Part shown: positions 9,461 to 19,182 of the stretch, piece by piece
Layout: each line of letters opens with the position of its first letter
Numbering within the stretch: position 1 is the stretch's first letter
Source of the DNA: an uncultured archaeon
GTDB taxonomy: Archaea > Thermoproteota > Nitrososphaeria_A > Caldarchaeales > Calditenuaceae
Assembly: GCA_938017985.1 (NCBI GenBank)
Contig: CALIKS010000035.1
Location: forward strand, 7,146-71,145
DNA length: 64,000 nucleotides
Direction: 5' to 3'
Notes under the pieces: model-generated
The model's database searches: none
What the model saw: only the letters and a program-made list of their open reading frames with translations
Told to the model about the DNA's origin: nothing
Translations under genes and position numbers: made by a program

Positions 9461-9910
9461 TTGTCATCGATTCCAAGATTTTTCCGTACTGTTGCGGAGT
9501 TCATTGCGAATAATTATCCAGAAGCAAGTAAAATAGTGGAGATAGGCGTTGGAATGACACCATTCACTGCTATTTATCTTAAAGAGCTAATAAAAAATTT
9601 AGAAATCATCGTAATCGACAAAGACCAGAACATAATAAGTCACCTCAGAGATATGGGATTAAAAGCAGTTGTAGATGACGTTTATAATCCCAGAATCGAG
9701 ATATATAGGAACGCCGACTTGATATATTCGATTAGGCCTCCTTTCGAACTTTTTCCTTTTATTGAAGAGATAGGCGAGCTGGTTAAATGCGATGTCTTAA
9801 TTGTCCCACTACTTGAAGATGTATACTTGGCCAACATTAGTCCAAAGTGGAGAAAGATAGGCCTGCCTGCCGGCACGGTATGTCTACACAAGACCGTTCA
9901 AAAAACCTGA
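9461..9910 (+). CDS. UPF0146 family protein (methyltransferase-like fold)
   Basis: The pattern ...KIVEIGVGMTP...VIDKDQ...VVDDVYNPRIEIYRNADLIYSIRPPFEL... matches my memory of the archaeal UPF0146 family. TTG start. Confidence 0.6.
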   Translation: MSSIPRFFRTVAEFIANNYPEASKIVEIGVGMTPFTAIYLKELIKNLEIIVIDKDQNIISHLRDMGLKAVVDDVYNPRIEIYRNADLIYSIRPPFELFPFIEEIGELVKCDVLIVPLLEDVYLANISPKWRKIGLPAGTVCLHKTVQKT

Positions 9911-9971
9911 CTTGTCTTGTTTAAGCACTCGGTTAGTTAAAGCGTATATGTAGGCTGAAGATACTTGTTAT

Positions 9972-10415
9972 ATGCCTAAGAGACCAAGCAGACCGACTAG
10001 CAGGGCATATAGATTCAGAATCGGTTATGAAGGAGAATACTACCTCATGAAGAAGTTTACAGAAAAAAATAGGCCCGGATTCTACGCCGTGCGCACACCA
10101 GGCAGCGGTACTGGAAAAATGATTAAGCCGGATATTCTAGCCGTTGATGATGGAGAACTATACGCTATTGAAGTAAAGTCAACCAATCGCAGCTACATGT
10201 ACGTAAAGCCAGAGCAGCTTAGCCGCCTAGTAGAATTCGCAAAACTATTTGAAGTATGTTGTCCCAACTGCGGTCACAAATTTAATCCCCGCCCAATACT
10301 TGCTGTAAGATTTCTTGGAAAGAGATGGGTATTCGCGGAAGTTAAAGATCCCACAAAACCAATCTTAGTGAAGCTTTCATCCAGTGATGATGAAAAACAA
10401 AAGAATCACAAATGA
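9972..10415 (+). CDS. hjc: Holliday junction resolvase Hjc
   Basis: GYEGEYYLMKKF...AVRTPGSG...PDILAVDDGELYAIEVKST matches the Hjc E...D...E-x-K nuclease core. It carries an extra CCPNCG-containing insertion. Confidence 0.8.
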   Translation: MPKRPSRPTSRAYRFRIGYEGEYYLMKKFTEKNRPGFYAVRTPGSGTGKMIKPDILAVDDGELYAIEVKSTNRSYMYVKPEQLSRLVEFAKLFEVCCPNCGHKFNPRPILAVRFLGKRWVFAEVKDPTKPILVKLSSSDDEKQKNHK

Positions 10416-10540
10416 ATTCATTGCTCTTTTACTCATTTTAGTAATTCATTGTTGTTAGGTCCTGGTCTCTTTATTGTTCAATGGTTTCTGCTTAACTAAC
10501 CCTTATATATGACTGGGCAATACAAGTACTTAGAAAAGAA

Positions 10541-10843
10541 ATGGCAATCCAAGGTCTTGAGTGGATAATCGTCGCTGTCATAGTTTTGGTCTTCTTTCTG
10601 TGGGGTCCTGAAAAGCTGCCAAAACTTGCAAAGTCGCTAGGACAGGCAAAAAAAGAATTTGAGAAGGCTAGTAAAGAAGCAGAACAACAGATAACAAGCG
10701 TAACGACGGGAATAAATGAGGAGATTAAGAAACAAGAAGACCAGTTACTGGAAATTGCTAGGAGTCTTGGCCTATCAACTGAGGGCAAGACTCGAGAACA
10801 GATAGCTGATGAGATATCAGCGAGACTTAAGCAGAAGGTCTAA
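10541..10843 (+). CDS. tatA: Sec-independent translocase TatA/E
   Basis: MAIQGLEWIIVAVIVLVFFLWGPEKLPKLAKSLGQAKKEFEKA gives a TM helix, the hinge and an amphipathic helix. Confidence 0.85.
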   Translation: MAIQGLEWIIVAVIVLVFFLWGPEKLPKLAKSLGQAKKEFEKASKEAEQQITSVTTGINEEIKKQEDQLLEIARSLGLSTEGKTREQIADEISARLKQKV

Positions 10844-10847
10844 AAAT

Positions 10848-11093
10848 ATGTTAAGCCCAATAGAACTCATAGGGATTGTCATTTTAATAATTATTCTAAT
10901 TATTCTGCTGAAGCCTGATACATTAGTGAAGCTGGGAAGAGGGTTCGGAGAGCTAAGAAGAGAGATGAAGCGCGGAGAATCAATCGACGAAGAGACGCTG
11001 TCGATCGCTAATAAGCTTGGAATAAAGACAGAAGGTAAATCAAAAGAAGAAATACTAGAGGAAATTAATAGAAAGCTAAAAAGCCAAGGCTAA
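10848..11093 (+). CDS. tatA: TatA/E paralogue
   Basis: From ATG 10848: MLSPIELIGIVILIIILIILLKPDTLVKLGRGFGELRREMKRG. It shares a C-terminal motif with the first TatA (LGLSTEGKTREQIADEISARLK versus LGIKTEGKSKEEILEEINRKLK). Confidence 0.7.
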   Translation: MLSPIELIGIVILIIILIILLKPDTLVKLGRGFGELRREMKRGESIDEETLSIANKLGIKTEGKSKEEILEEINRKLKSQG

Positions 11094-11126
11094 TTTATTT
11101 TAAACTAGAAGTCGGCGGGACCATAA

Positions 11127-12008
11127 ATGCAAGAGCAGAAGGAGATGACTTTGTATGAGCACTTGATGGAGCTTAGAAATAGGCTTAAGATCGTCGCGAT
11201 ATTTTATATCGCATCACTTTTGTTTTGGCTAGTTTTTCCCAAGAATATATCACTAGGCGAGCTGGGCTCTATTATTTCTGGCGAATACATACCTATGATT
11301 ACGCTGGTATTAGAACACGCCGCAGGCATGTCGCAGGGATTAGTCAAACTAATTCCAGGTACATTAACGTCTCCTCTTGAGATCTATTTCATCGCCGCTG
11401 CACTCATGGCGTTAATCACTAGTATACCAGTCATAGGTTATGAGTTTTACATGTATGTCGACCCAGCTCTTTATCCTCATGAGAGGAGACTTATCTGGGG
11501 ATTCATGGCTGCTTTCTTGTCCTTATACGCTATTGGTGCATTTTTCAGCTACTTCTTTGTCGTTCCACTCATCGTGAGATTTATGGTGATCTTCGCACGC
11601 ATAATTGGTATACCTCCCGAACAGACGTTCATTAATGCGGGTGACTACTACATGCTTGTATTCTCAACTGTGGCCCTCATGGGGTTGCTATTTACCTCGC
11701 CTGCAATATTTGTCCTTCTCGTGAGGTTTGGATTAATAAGCACATCTACTTTTACGAAAAATAGATTATATATTTATGGAATATTATACTTGGTTATAGC
11801 CTTCATCACTCCTGATGGATGGCTAGTAGGAAACACAGTACTCTTCCTCCCATTAGTAATACTCCTAGAGGCATCCGTCATCGTAGCAAGACGTTTTGAG
11901 AAGGCTAGAGAATTAGGCAGCTATTCTGTTCCAAGATGTAAGTTCTGCGGAGCAGAAATACCTGAGGACCGCATATTCTGTCCTAAGTGTGGTCGGTCTC
12001 AAGAATAA
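11127..12008 (+). CDS. tatC: TatC translocase subunit with C-terminal zinc ribbon
   Basis: The N-terminus is TatC-like (LYEHLMELRNRLKIVAIFYI...) with 6 predicted TM segments. The last ~30 aa are VPRCKFCGAEIPEDRIFCPKCGRSQE (CxxC...CxxC). Confidence 0.85.
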   Translation: MQEQKEMTLYEHLMELRNRLKIVAIFYIASLLFWLVFPKNISLGELGSIISGEYIPMITLVLEHAAGMSQGLVKLIPGTLTSPLEIYFIAAALMALITSIPVIGYEFYMYVDPALYPHERRLIWGFMAAFLSLYAIGAFFSYFFVVPLIVRFMVIFARIIGIPPEQTFINAGDYYMLVFSTVALMGLLFTSPAIFVLLVRFGLISTSTFTKNRLYIYGILYLVIAFITPDGWLVGNTVLFLPLVILLEASVIVARRFEKARELGSYSVPRCKFCGAEIPEDRIFCPKCGRSQE

Positions 12009-12380
12009 TTAACTGAGAAGAGATTTAATTGTACCAGATATTCTTAAAACATCTATAGCTACCTTTTCATGATTAATGTATGTGACTAAACTTGTGCTGA
12101 ATAGGACGTATGGTAGGCCCTTCAGGCTGCACCTTAGAATAAAATAATCACGCTTATCCTTAAGTTGCCAAGTCTTCAGCGCAGATATCGCTCTTCCACT
12201 CCATCCATAGAATTCGCATAGCTTATTCATGATTGCTGTGTGGAGACTTGCTGCTGTTAAGCTGTCTGAAGTAGTTCTAACCCTACATAATATGTAGCGT
12301 TTCTTATCTCTCAATTCGCCACACACCTGAAGTATCAAGCATGCCCTCAAGCTTGGCTTTGTTTTGTCTAAGCGCCTCAA
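12009..12380 (-). CDS. rnp2: RNase P protein component 2 (Pop5)
   Basis: LRDKKRYILCRV... and ...DVLRISGTIKSL match Pop5 hallmarks (LRDKKRYI, VSGTIKRL). The start is uncertain (TTG 12380, GTG 12326 or TTG 12314). The 5' end overlaps the Rpp30 3' end. Confidence 0.8.
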   Translation of the reverse strand: MRRLDKTKPSLRACLILQVCGELRDKKRYILCRVRTTSDSLTAASLHTAIMNKLCEFYGWSGRAISALKTWQLKDKRDYFILRCSLKGLPYVLFSTSLVTYINHEKVAIDVLRISGTIKSLLS

Positions 12381-12984
12381 TTATCGCTCCAGAAACCGTC
12401 TCAATCGCCCTATCAGACCCAACACCCATAACAAAAAATACAGATGCAAGCTGTCTAGGACTCCTCATTTCAAAGCAATTAGTAGCACATGAAGAAACAA
12501 CTACGCGTATCCTATCCTTTTTTAAATGGGAAGAAAGCCTCAAAACTCTATAAAACGTCTCGTAGCCATACTTCAAGAGGTCAGAAAATGCCACCTCAAC
12601 AATGTTATTTGTAACTGACAGCATGTGACGGTCAACTAATGGAGCAGATGGATGACTCATCAACACAGTATCAACACGCATGTCTCTAAGGGCAGCCATG
12701 ACCACATCCCTCTCATTACTCTTTACAGAGATTAACTCATAACTCCAGCGATTCTTAGAAAGCTCGTCGTAAAGTTTCTCCTTTATGTTTACATTAATTG
12801 TTCTCCGCCTGTAGAGCTCTATTCCCAGCCTATCCGCTACTTCAGATGAGGCTTTTAATATCTCGTCATTTCCTTCTACGGCTACTGCCTTATATCCTAA
12901 TTCACCGGCCAGCTTAACCATCTCTACTGCATCACTTGTAGTTAATGGCATCAGCCAAGCATCTATGAAAAATCGTTTATTCAT
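12304..12984 (-). CDS. rnp3: RNase P protein component 3 (Rpp30)
   Basis: 226-aa PHP/TIM-barrel-like Rpp30 pattern (FIDAWLMP...ELGYKAVAVEG...) in the conserved Rpp30-Pop5 arrangement. Confidence 0.8.
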   Translation of the reverse strand: MNKRFFIDAWLMPLTTSDAVEMVKLAGELGYKAVAVEGNDEILKASSEVADRLGIELYRRRTINVNIKEKLYDELSKNRWSYELISVKSNERDVVMAALRDMRVDTVLMSHPSAPLVDRHMLSVTNNIVEVAFSDLLKYGYETFYRVLRLSSHLKKDRIRVVVSSCATNCFEMRSPRQLASVFFVMGVGSDRAIETVSGAIIEALRQNKAKLEGMLDTSGVWRIER

Positions 12985-13426
12985 TAATGCTCCGCTCAGC
13001 TAAAATTAATGGATTAATCATCGATATTATCTCAACTTTAACCGGGTCATTATCACTAGTCATTAATACTCCATGATACGCCATCTGTTTGTCTATTCTC
13101 GCATGTAGAGTATAGCGAGTCTTACTTTTTTCTGTTCTATCCTCAATGTATTTCTTGTCAAGCATTTTGATAATATTCATTGCTGCCCTTGCTGCTTCTT
13201 CACCACTCAATTCTATCTCTATTACGGACAATGGTTCTCCGAAGACCCCAGTTAGACGAGCAACTCTCACATCATGCATTCTATCCAAGTTGAGAACATT
13301 CTTCATGGCGATAACTACTTTTTCCTCAGACTCGGTTGCTGAGCATAACGCTCTTGCCCTCACTCCAATTTCATACATATCCTTACTATTAAGAAGTGAT
13401 AGGTATGATTTTAATGATTTCGTCAT
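12977..13426 (-). CDS. UPF0201 family predicted RNA-binding protein (exosome-superoperon associated)
   Basis: IGVRARALCSATESEEKVVIAMKNVL resembles the UPF0201/COG1931 N-terminal pattern. It is immediately upstream of Rpp30/Pop5, as in many archaea. Confidence 0.6.
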   Translation of the reverse strand: MTKSLKSYLSLLNSKDMYEIGVRARALCSATESEEKVVIAMKNVLNLDRMHDVRVARLTGVFGEPLSVIEIELSGEEAARAAMNIIKMLDKKYIEDRTEKSKTRYTLHARIDKQMAYHGVLMTSDNDPVKVEIISMINPLILAERSINE

Positions 13427-13436
13427 TGGCCTAAAA

Positions 13437-13964
13437 TTAGTACCATCTGTCCTTTAGACCTAGCAGATAAGCAGCCATGTTTGTTCCTATGTGTAAAAAG
13501 AATGTGAGAAGAAGTAAGAAGATTACTGTTGAAAAGTTAGCCCATGACTGAGGCCCCATAATTGTCCAAGTAATTATGAGGCTGAAAACTAGGAATCCAA
13601 GTTGGTCGAGAGGTGGAGCAGGCCTACCACGCATTAATCCAAGCCTACGCTTAATAAAGGAACCTAGAACGTCGCCCATTATTGCGCCGAGGGATAAAAG
13701 CATAAATTCCACCTGGCTCCGATAGAGTCCTTTCAATAACGATGAGATTATTACTCCCGACAGTGTTCCGGCAACTAGACCAGATAATAGGCCCTCCAGT
13801 GTTTTTCCATCTCCGAGTATTCTTCTACCATCAGTAAATAGTGCACCACAGTCTAGTGGATGAAGCTTCGTGAATAGTCTGGCAAATAATACAGGTGCTC
13901 CATTTGTTGCATATGCTGGAAAAATATAAGCGATAATCATGAGTAGATCGAGCAAGTCTTTCAA
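13437..13964 (-). CDS. carS: CDP-archaeol synthase
   Basis: FPAYATNGAPVL...GDGKTLEGLLSGL...GDVLGSFIKRRLG...PPLDQL matches the CarS (DUF46) family. 5 TM. Confidence 0.8.
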   Translation of the reverse strand: MKDLLDLLMIIAYIFPAYATNGAPVLFARLFTKLHPLDCGALFTDGRRILGDGKTLEGLLSGLVAGTLSGVIISSLLKGLYRSQVEFMLLSLGAIMGDVLGSFIKRRLGLMRGRPAPPLDQLGFLVFSLIITWTIMGPQSWANFSTVIFLLLLTFFLHIGTNMAAYLLGLKDRWY

Positions 13965-14062
13965 AACGTCTATATTACCGAGAGAAAAATAAATACCTTA
14001 ATTAATTCGAGAGTTTAGGAATGTTGAAAATCATAAATTATGCCTGTGAAGATATTGATTAG

Positions 14063-14830
14063 ATGTATAAAGCAGTCATACTTGACCTCGATGGAACAGT
14101 ATATGTCGGCTCGCAGCTAACTCCCGGTGCCAAGGAAGGAATAGAAACACTTAGGAGACTGGGATTTAAAATCATGTTCCTAACGAATAACTCAATGGTA
14201 TCCCGCAGAATGATTATCAAAAAACTAGAAGATATGAATATAGAGGTTAGAACTGAGGAAGTATTAAATTCTGGAGCTGCGTCAGCAATTTATCTTAAAA
14301 GAAAGATGAATAGAGCTAAAGTTTTCGTAGTAGGAGATATAGGACTTGTAGAAGAGCTGCTTCTGCATGGACATGAAATCGTGAATGATTATAGACAAGC
14401 CGAGGTAGTAGTAGTTGGCGGTGACAGGTATCTTACATATAATAAACTACTCGACGCTCATCGCGCAATTATTAGAGGCGCACTCTTCATAGCTACGAAT
14501 AGAGATCATGCACTGATGGTCGAAGATGGCCCGATACCCGGGGCTGGAGCTGTAGTCGCATTCCTAGAAACATCAACTCAAGTTAAGCCAATAGTAATTG
14601 GTAAGCCTGAAAAATATATCGCAGAGCTGGCATTAGAAATATTGGGTGTAGCGCCTCATGAAGCAGTAATGGTCGGTGACAATATCTCCACAGATTTTGA
14701 ACTTGCAAAAAAAGTAGGCATGAAGGGAGTATTGATTAAGACAGGATTGGCAAAGAATAATATTCCTGAAAAAGTACCATTCGTTAATAATCTTTCAGAA
14801 CTCGCGACATTATTAGTTAGAGAAGGGTAA
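14063..14830 (+). CDS. HAD-superfamily hydrolase, subfamily IIA (NagD-like sugar phosphatase)
   Basis: VILDLDGTVY (motif I), FLTNNS (motif II) and GKPE...VGDNISTD (motifs III/IV). Confidence 0.8.
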   Translation: MYKAVILDLDGTVYVGSQLTPGAKEGIETLRRLGFKIMFLTNNSMVSRRMIIKKLEDMNIEVRTEEVLNSGAASAIYLKRKMNRAKVFVVGDIGLVEELLLHGHEIVNDYRQAEVVVVGGDRYLTYNKLLDAHRAIIRGALFIATNRDHALMVEDGPIPGAGAVVAFLETSTQVKPIVIGKPEKYIAELALEILGVAPHEAVMVGDNISTDFELAKKVGMKGVLIKTGLAKNNIPEKVPFVNNLSELATLLVREG

Positions 14831-14837
14831 GAACCTT

Positions 14838-16715
14838 TTACATTTCTTTTAAGATTGGTAGACCTATAACATCCATTAGTCCTATCTGTGACTCGATGTA
14901 TGATTTAACCAGCGCTAGCCTAAACCCGGCCAACTCTCCTGAGACTATTACTGGGCAACTCTCATAAAAATCATTAAATCTCATTGCAAGTTGTCTTGAG
15001 TGGGTAACGAGCTTCTTAATCATCAGGGACTCCAAGGTTTCCTCAACTATTAATGGCAGGTGTGCAATAGCCCTGATCAATTCCTTTTCGCTAGCCTCAA
15101 GATTGTTGGGTGGGCGGGTATCGATTACTATCTTTGCGTTAGATGCTTTTTCCATAATTCTGTAAGCCCTCGCTACCGAGTATAAGATATATGGTCCTGT
15201 GTCGCCCTCTATTCTAGATGATTCTTCAATGTCGAATACTACCATCTTGTCTGTATCTGCCTTTAATAATGAGTATCTTAGAGAGGCGACAGCGATCGCT
15301 TCTGAAACATATTTTAATTTTTCTTCATCCCATTCGGGATGCCTTTTAACTGTCTCAGTCAAGGCTATCTCTCTCAATCTATCGAGTATTTCATCAACCT
15401 TGAAGTAGATTCCTTTGCGCCCACTCATGTGGACCTGTTTTGCATCAGTACCCATACCTAACAGTTTCGCAGAACGTGAACTAAGAGTTACTGGCTCGTA
15501 GGAAAAGTGGATGTATCTTCCAGGGTCTATACCCATCTTCGACAATGCATACTTAATTATCGCTTGGGGCCTCTTTTGTCTTGAATCGATGACGTTTATT
15601 ACAATTTTGGGATGCCCTTTCTCAAATTTTCTCTCACCGTTTAAATCAGTAATCAATATATCACTTCCATCCGGGTTCTTTCCCCACACCGAATATTTGA
15701 AATCTGTGGAAGACTCACCTAGTTTCCATATCGCGAATCCGATGTCTCTAGCAACATAAGTTGTCCCTCCATCACTCTTAACGAGCACCTCGTCTCCTTC
15801 CTTTGAGAGAACTTCATGACCAGATAGGTCTATGCACCAACATCCCTTCTTAGCTCCTTCATTAGCTAGATACAGCACTCCAGAATCCTTAAGTCTGCGA
15901 AATGCCTCGTCCCATAAATTAAAAGTAATTACATCACTTTCTCTGCAAAGAATATCATATCTAGCACCCAGCCTAGCACAGGTTTGCAACTGGTCTCTAA
16001 GAACTCTGTCTGCAATCGCCCTAGCTTTCCTAAATGCCTCCGAGCCATGCATCTCAATCTGTCTCGCTATTTCTCTACGTTTATTATCTATCTCAGGGTC
16101 TCTTTCTGCTCTTCTATTCACCTCTATGTAGACTATGTCTCCACAATATTCATCAAAACGCATACCGGGAGGTGGCTCTTCACTATATCCAAGCTCCAAG
16201 AAGCCTAGTAGAAGTTCAGCCATCTGTGCTCCACTATCATCAATATAGTTGAGAACTGTAACACTATGTCCTGTTTTGGAGTACAATCTAGCGAGGAGGT
16301 CGCCGATACAGACATTCCTAGCATGGCCTACGTGTAGTGCCTTATTTGGATTCACACTTGTATGTTCAATGAGGATGTGCTCTCCCTTCCCTACGTTACT
16401 AAATGCGTATTGCCTCCCATGTTCAAGTACTTCGTTAATAGTTAAACTGGCAAAAAAGGGCCAATTTACACGGAAATTAAGATATCCAGGCGGAGCTATC
16501 TCTACGGTGTCAATCAACCTTGACTTTTTTATTTTTGAAACTATTTTCTCTGCGATACTCATTGGATTCTCATTGGCCTTACTTGCCATCTCGAATGGTA
16601 GGGAGGAATATGCCTCACCGAATTCAGGAGACTTCGGAATACCAATCCTTGCTCCCGGATATCCGGCCTCCTCCAACAGTTTCTTCGCTTCCTCGAAGAC
16701 TCTTTTAATCGTCAA
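14838..16715 (-). CDS. argS: Arginine--tRNA ligase
   Basis: 625 aa with a class I HIGH-type motif (NPNKALHVGHARN) and the DALR anticodon-binding C-domain pattern. Confidence 0.92.
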   Translation of the reverse strand: MTIKRVFEEAKKLLEEAGYPGARIGIPKSPEFGEAYSSLPFEMASKANENPMSIAEKIVSKIKKSRLIDTVEIAPPGYLNFRVNWPFFASLTINEVLEHGRQYAFSNVGKGEHILIEHTSVNPNKALHVGHARNVCIGDLLARLYSKTGHSVTVLNYIDDSGAQMAELLLGFLELGYSEEPPPGMRFDEYCGDIVYIEVNRRAERDPEIDNKRREIARQIEMHGSEAFRKARAIADRVLRDQLQTCARLGARYDILCRESDVITFNLWDEAFRRLKDSGVLYLANEGAKKGCWCIDLSGHEVLSKEGDEVLVKSDGGTTYVARDIGFAIWKLGESSTDFKYSVWGKNPDGSDILITDLNGERKFEKGHPKIVINVIDSRQKRPQAIIKYALSKMGIDPGRYIHFSYEPVTLSSRSAKLLGMGTDAKQVHMSGRKGIYFKVDEILDRLREIALTETVKRHPEWDEEKLKYVSEAIAVASLRYSLLKADTDKMVVFDIEESSRIEGDTGPYILYSVARAYRIMEKASNAKIVIDTRPPNNLEASEKELIRAIAHLPLIVEETLESLMIKKLVTHSRQLAMRFNDFYESCPVIVSGELAGFRLALVKSYIESQIGLMDVIGLPILKEM

Positions 16716-16849
16716 GTGTTAATGCCCCCTCTAACACACCCTACCTAACTCAATTTCTTAAAGGCCTGATATAAACTAAGAGCGCCACCTCATGGCACCG
16801 CTTATAAAAAACATAATTTTAAAAATCGTCACTGTAATGTATTATGTAG

Positions 16850-18007
16850 ATGCCTACAAATCTCCCTGCCGAGGCAAAGGCAAAACTAGCGGAGTACCAG
16901 GCTGCAAAGACGATTGACGAGAAAATTAGGATACTGACTGAGGCTCTTAGCTTGATACCTGACCATAAGGGAACCGAGAAACTAAGGAGACAGCTGCGAA
17001 AGAGGCTAGCAGAACTTAGAAGAGAAGAAGAGGAAAGAAAAAGAAGAAGAACTGGAGGTACGAGTGCCTTCTCCGTAAAAAAGGAAGGATGGGCGCAAAT
17101 ATCTCTTATCGGTGCAGCAAACTCAGGAAAGTCAACCATCCTAAACTTGCTTACAGGTGCCTCTTCACCGGTGGCTGAGTATCCATTAACGACGCGTAGG
17201 CCATACTTGGGAATGATGATTTATGAAAACGCTGAGATACAGATAGTCGACCTGCCGTCCATACTTACATACGACCTAGAGGAGACTAGCTATGCCTCTA
17301 AATCAATTGGAATAGCGAGGAATAGCGACCTGATAGCTATAGTCATCGACCTCGTAAATAGACCTTCAGCTCAACTAGAACTCATTACAGAACTCTTAAA
17401 GACGCATGGAATCAGCATAGAGAAGAAAAGATGCGAAGTCATCGTAGAAAAGAAGGACAGCGGTGGATTAAGAATAATAACAATGGGAAAGACAAATTAC
17501 ACCTACGATGAGCTCAAACAACTATTAATAGACTTGGGATTTAAGTCTGCAGTAGTTAAAATAATAGGAGACTCAACGCTCGAAGAGGTACAAGAACAAC
17601 TAATAACAGAAAGTACGTATAAAAAAGCCATCGTAATCTTTAACAAGTCAGATATAGTCCCTAGGAACCAGATTAATGAACAAGTAAAACAGGCTGAGAA
17701 TATTGGACTGAAATACATCGTTACCTCCGCCAAATCAGAAGAGAGCAAATACATATTGATGAAGACTCTTTTTGAATCTTTAGAATTAATTAGGGTTTAT
17801 ACTCAGAAAGATGGGCATCCATCCCCTAAGCCGCTTCTCTTACCCAGAGGAACCACCGTTCAGGAATTAGCAGAGATCATACATAGAGACTTGGCGAGGA
17901 ATATGAAATATGCAAGAGTATGGGGCAAGTCTGTCAAGATTCAGGGAGGACGAGTAGGCCCAGATTTTATCCTAGAAGATGGCGACTTAGTAGAAATCAG
18001 GGATTAA
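16850..18007 (+). CDS. DRG/Rbg-type OBG-family GTPase with C-terminal TGS domain
   Basis: G1 motif GAANSGKST, a following YPLTT G2-type motif, a basic coiled N-terminus and a C-terminal TGS-like segment (IRVYTQKDG...GDLVEI). Confidence 0.8.
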   Translation: MPTNLPAEAKAKLAEYQAAKTIDEKIRILTEALSLIPDHKGTEKLRRQLRKRLAELRREEEERKRRRTGGTSAFSVKKEGWAQISLIGAANSGKSTILNLLTGASSPVAEYPLTTRRPYLGMMIYENAEIQIVDLPSILTYDLEETSYASKSIGIARNSDLIAIVIDLVNRPSAQLELITELLKTHGISIEKKRCEVIVEKKDSGGLRIITMGKTNYTYDELKQLLIDLGFKSAVVKIIGDSTLEEVQEQLITESTYKKAIVIFNKSDIVPRNQINEQVKQAENIGLKYIVTSAKSEESKYILMKTLFESLELIRVYTQKDGHPSPKPLLLPRGTTVQELAEIIHRDLARNMKYARVWGKSVKIQGGRVGPDFILEDGDLVEIRD

Positions 18008-18142
18008 TATGCTTATAAACAAGCTGAAGACTTCATTTTCTAAACATTAGTATTTTCACATTGTAAAATACAAAATTCTTTTGAAATGATGGTTAGTAAC
18101 GATACATTCATATTATGATTTATAATCTAATTTATTATAGAA

Positions 18143-19156
18143 ATGACTCTGAATATTGCTATCAACGGATTCGGTAGGATTGGACGTCTTTTCTTTAGAG
18201 CTGCCTATGAAAAAGGAAGAAACTTCGAGATAGTAGCAATAAACGACGTAACAGATGCAAAGACGCTTGCACATCTCTTAAAATACGATTCGACCCACGG
18301 TAGATTCAACCACGACGTTAAAGCTGAAGATGATTATATAATTGTTGATGGAAAAAGAATCAGAGTACTCAATCAGCCCGACCCCGCCCTACTGCCCTGG
18401 AGAGATTTAGACATTTATTTAGTGATCGAGTCTACTGGCAGATTCGTTGATAGAGAGGGAGCCTCCAAACATCTTAAAGCCGGGGCAAGAAAAGTAATAA
18501 TCACCGCCCCGGCTAAAGACCCTGACTTAACCGTAGTCATGGGTGTGAACCATAAGGATTATGATCCGGGAAAGCATCAAATTGTGTCTAGCGCTTCATG
18601 CACAACAAATGCTGTGGCTCCGGTCTCTAAAGTTCTCCATGAAAATTTTGGAATAAAGGCAGCACTCATAAATACAGCGCATGCATATACTAACGATCAA
18701 AGGATACTGGACCTTGTTCATAGAGACTTACGTCGAGCCAGGGCTGGAGCTATAAACATAATCCCAACCACGACTGGCGCCGCTAGGGCTGTGGAACTCG
18801 TATTGCCTGAGTTAAAAGGAAAGATGGATGGCCTAGCTATAAGGGTGCCTGTACCAAACGTTTCCCTAGTTGACGTCACCGTAATCCTCGAGAAAACAAC
18901 TACGCCGGCCGAGATTAATTCCAAGCTTAGAGAGGCATCTGAGGGCGAGCTCAAAGGAATCCTTGCCTATACAGAAGACCCAATCGTGTCCTCAGACGTT
19001 AATCATACGACATACTCGGCCATTGTTGACGGACTGTCCACCATGGTCGTTGAAGGAGTTCTGGCAAAAGTGTTAGCGTGGTACGATAATGAGTGGGCGT
19101 TCTCCTGTAGACTCTTAGACCTCACAGAATTAATGATCGAGAAAGCTGAAATATAG
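18143..19156 (+). CDS. gap: Glyceraldehyde-3-phosphate dehydrogenase, type I (bacterial/eukaryotic class)
   Basis: INGFGRIGR, SCTTN catalytic Cys and WYDNEW are all class I hallmarks, not those of archaeal class II GAPDH. Confidence 0.92.
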   Translation: MTLNIAINGFGRIGRLFFRAAYEKGRNFEIVAINDVTDAKTLAHLLKYDSTHGRFNHDVKAEDDYIIVDGKRIRVLNQPDPALLPWRDLDIYLVIESTGRFVDREGASKHLKAGARKVIITAPAKDPDLTVVMGVNHKDYDPGKHQIVSSASCTTNAVAPVSKVLHENFGIKAALINTAHAYTNDQRILDLVHRDLRRARAGAINIIPTTTGAARAVELVLPELKGKMDGLAIRVPVPNVSLVDVTVILEKTTTPAEINSKLREASEGELKGILAYTEDPIVSSDVNHTTYSAIVDGLSTMVVEGVLAKVLAWYDNEWAFSCRLLDLTELMIEKAEI

Positions 19157-19182
19157 CAATCAATAGATAATTATTAAGCGTC

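Noticed and set aside
15199-16722. Cluster of + strand ORFs (15199-15408, 15511-15759, 15832-16131, 15984-16208, 16034-16252, 16249-16722, 16520-16708)
   Set aside because: All are antisense to the confidently identified arginyl-tRNA synthetase gene, and none has recognisable motifs.
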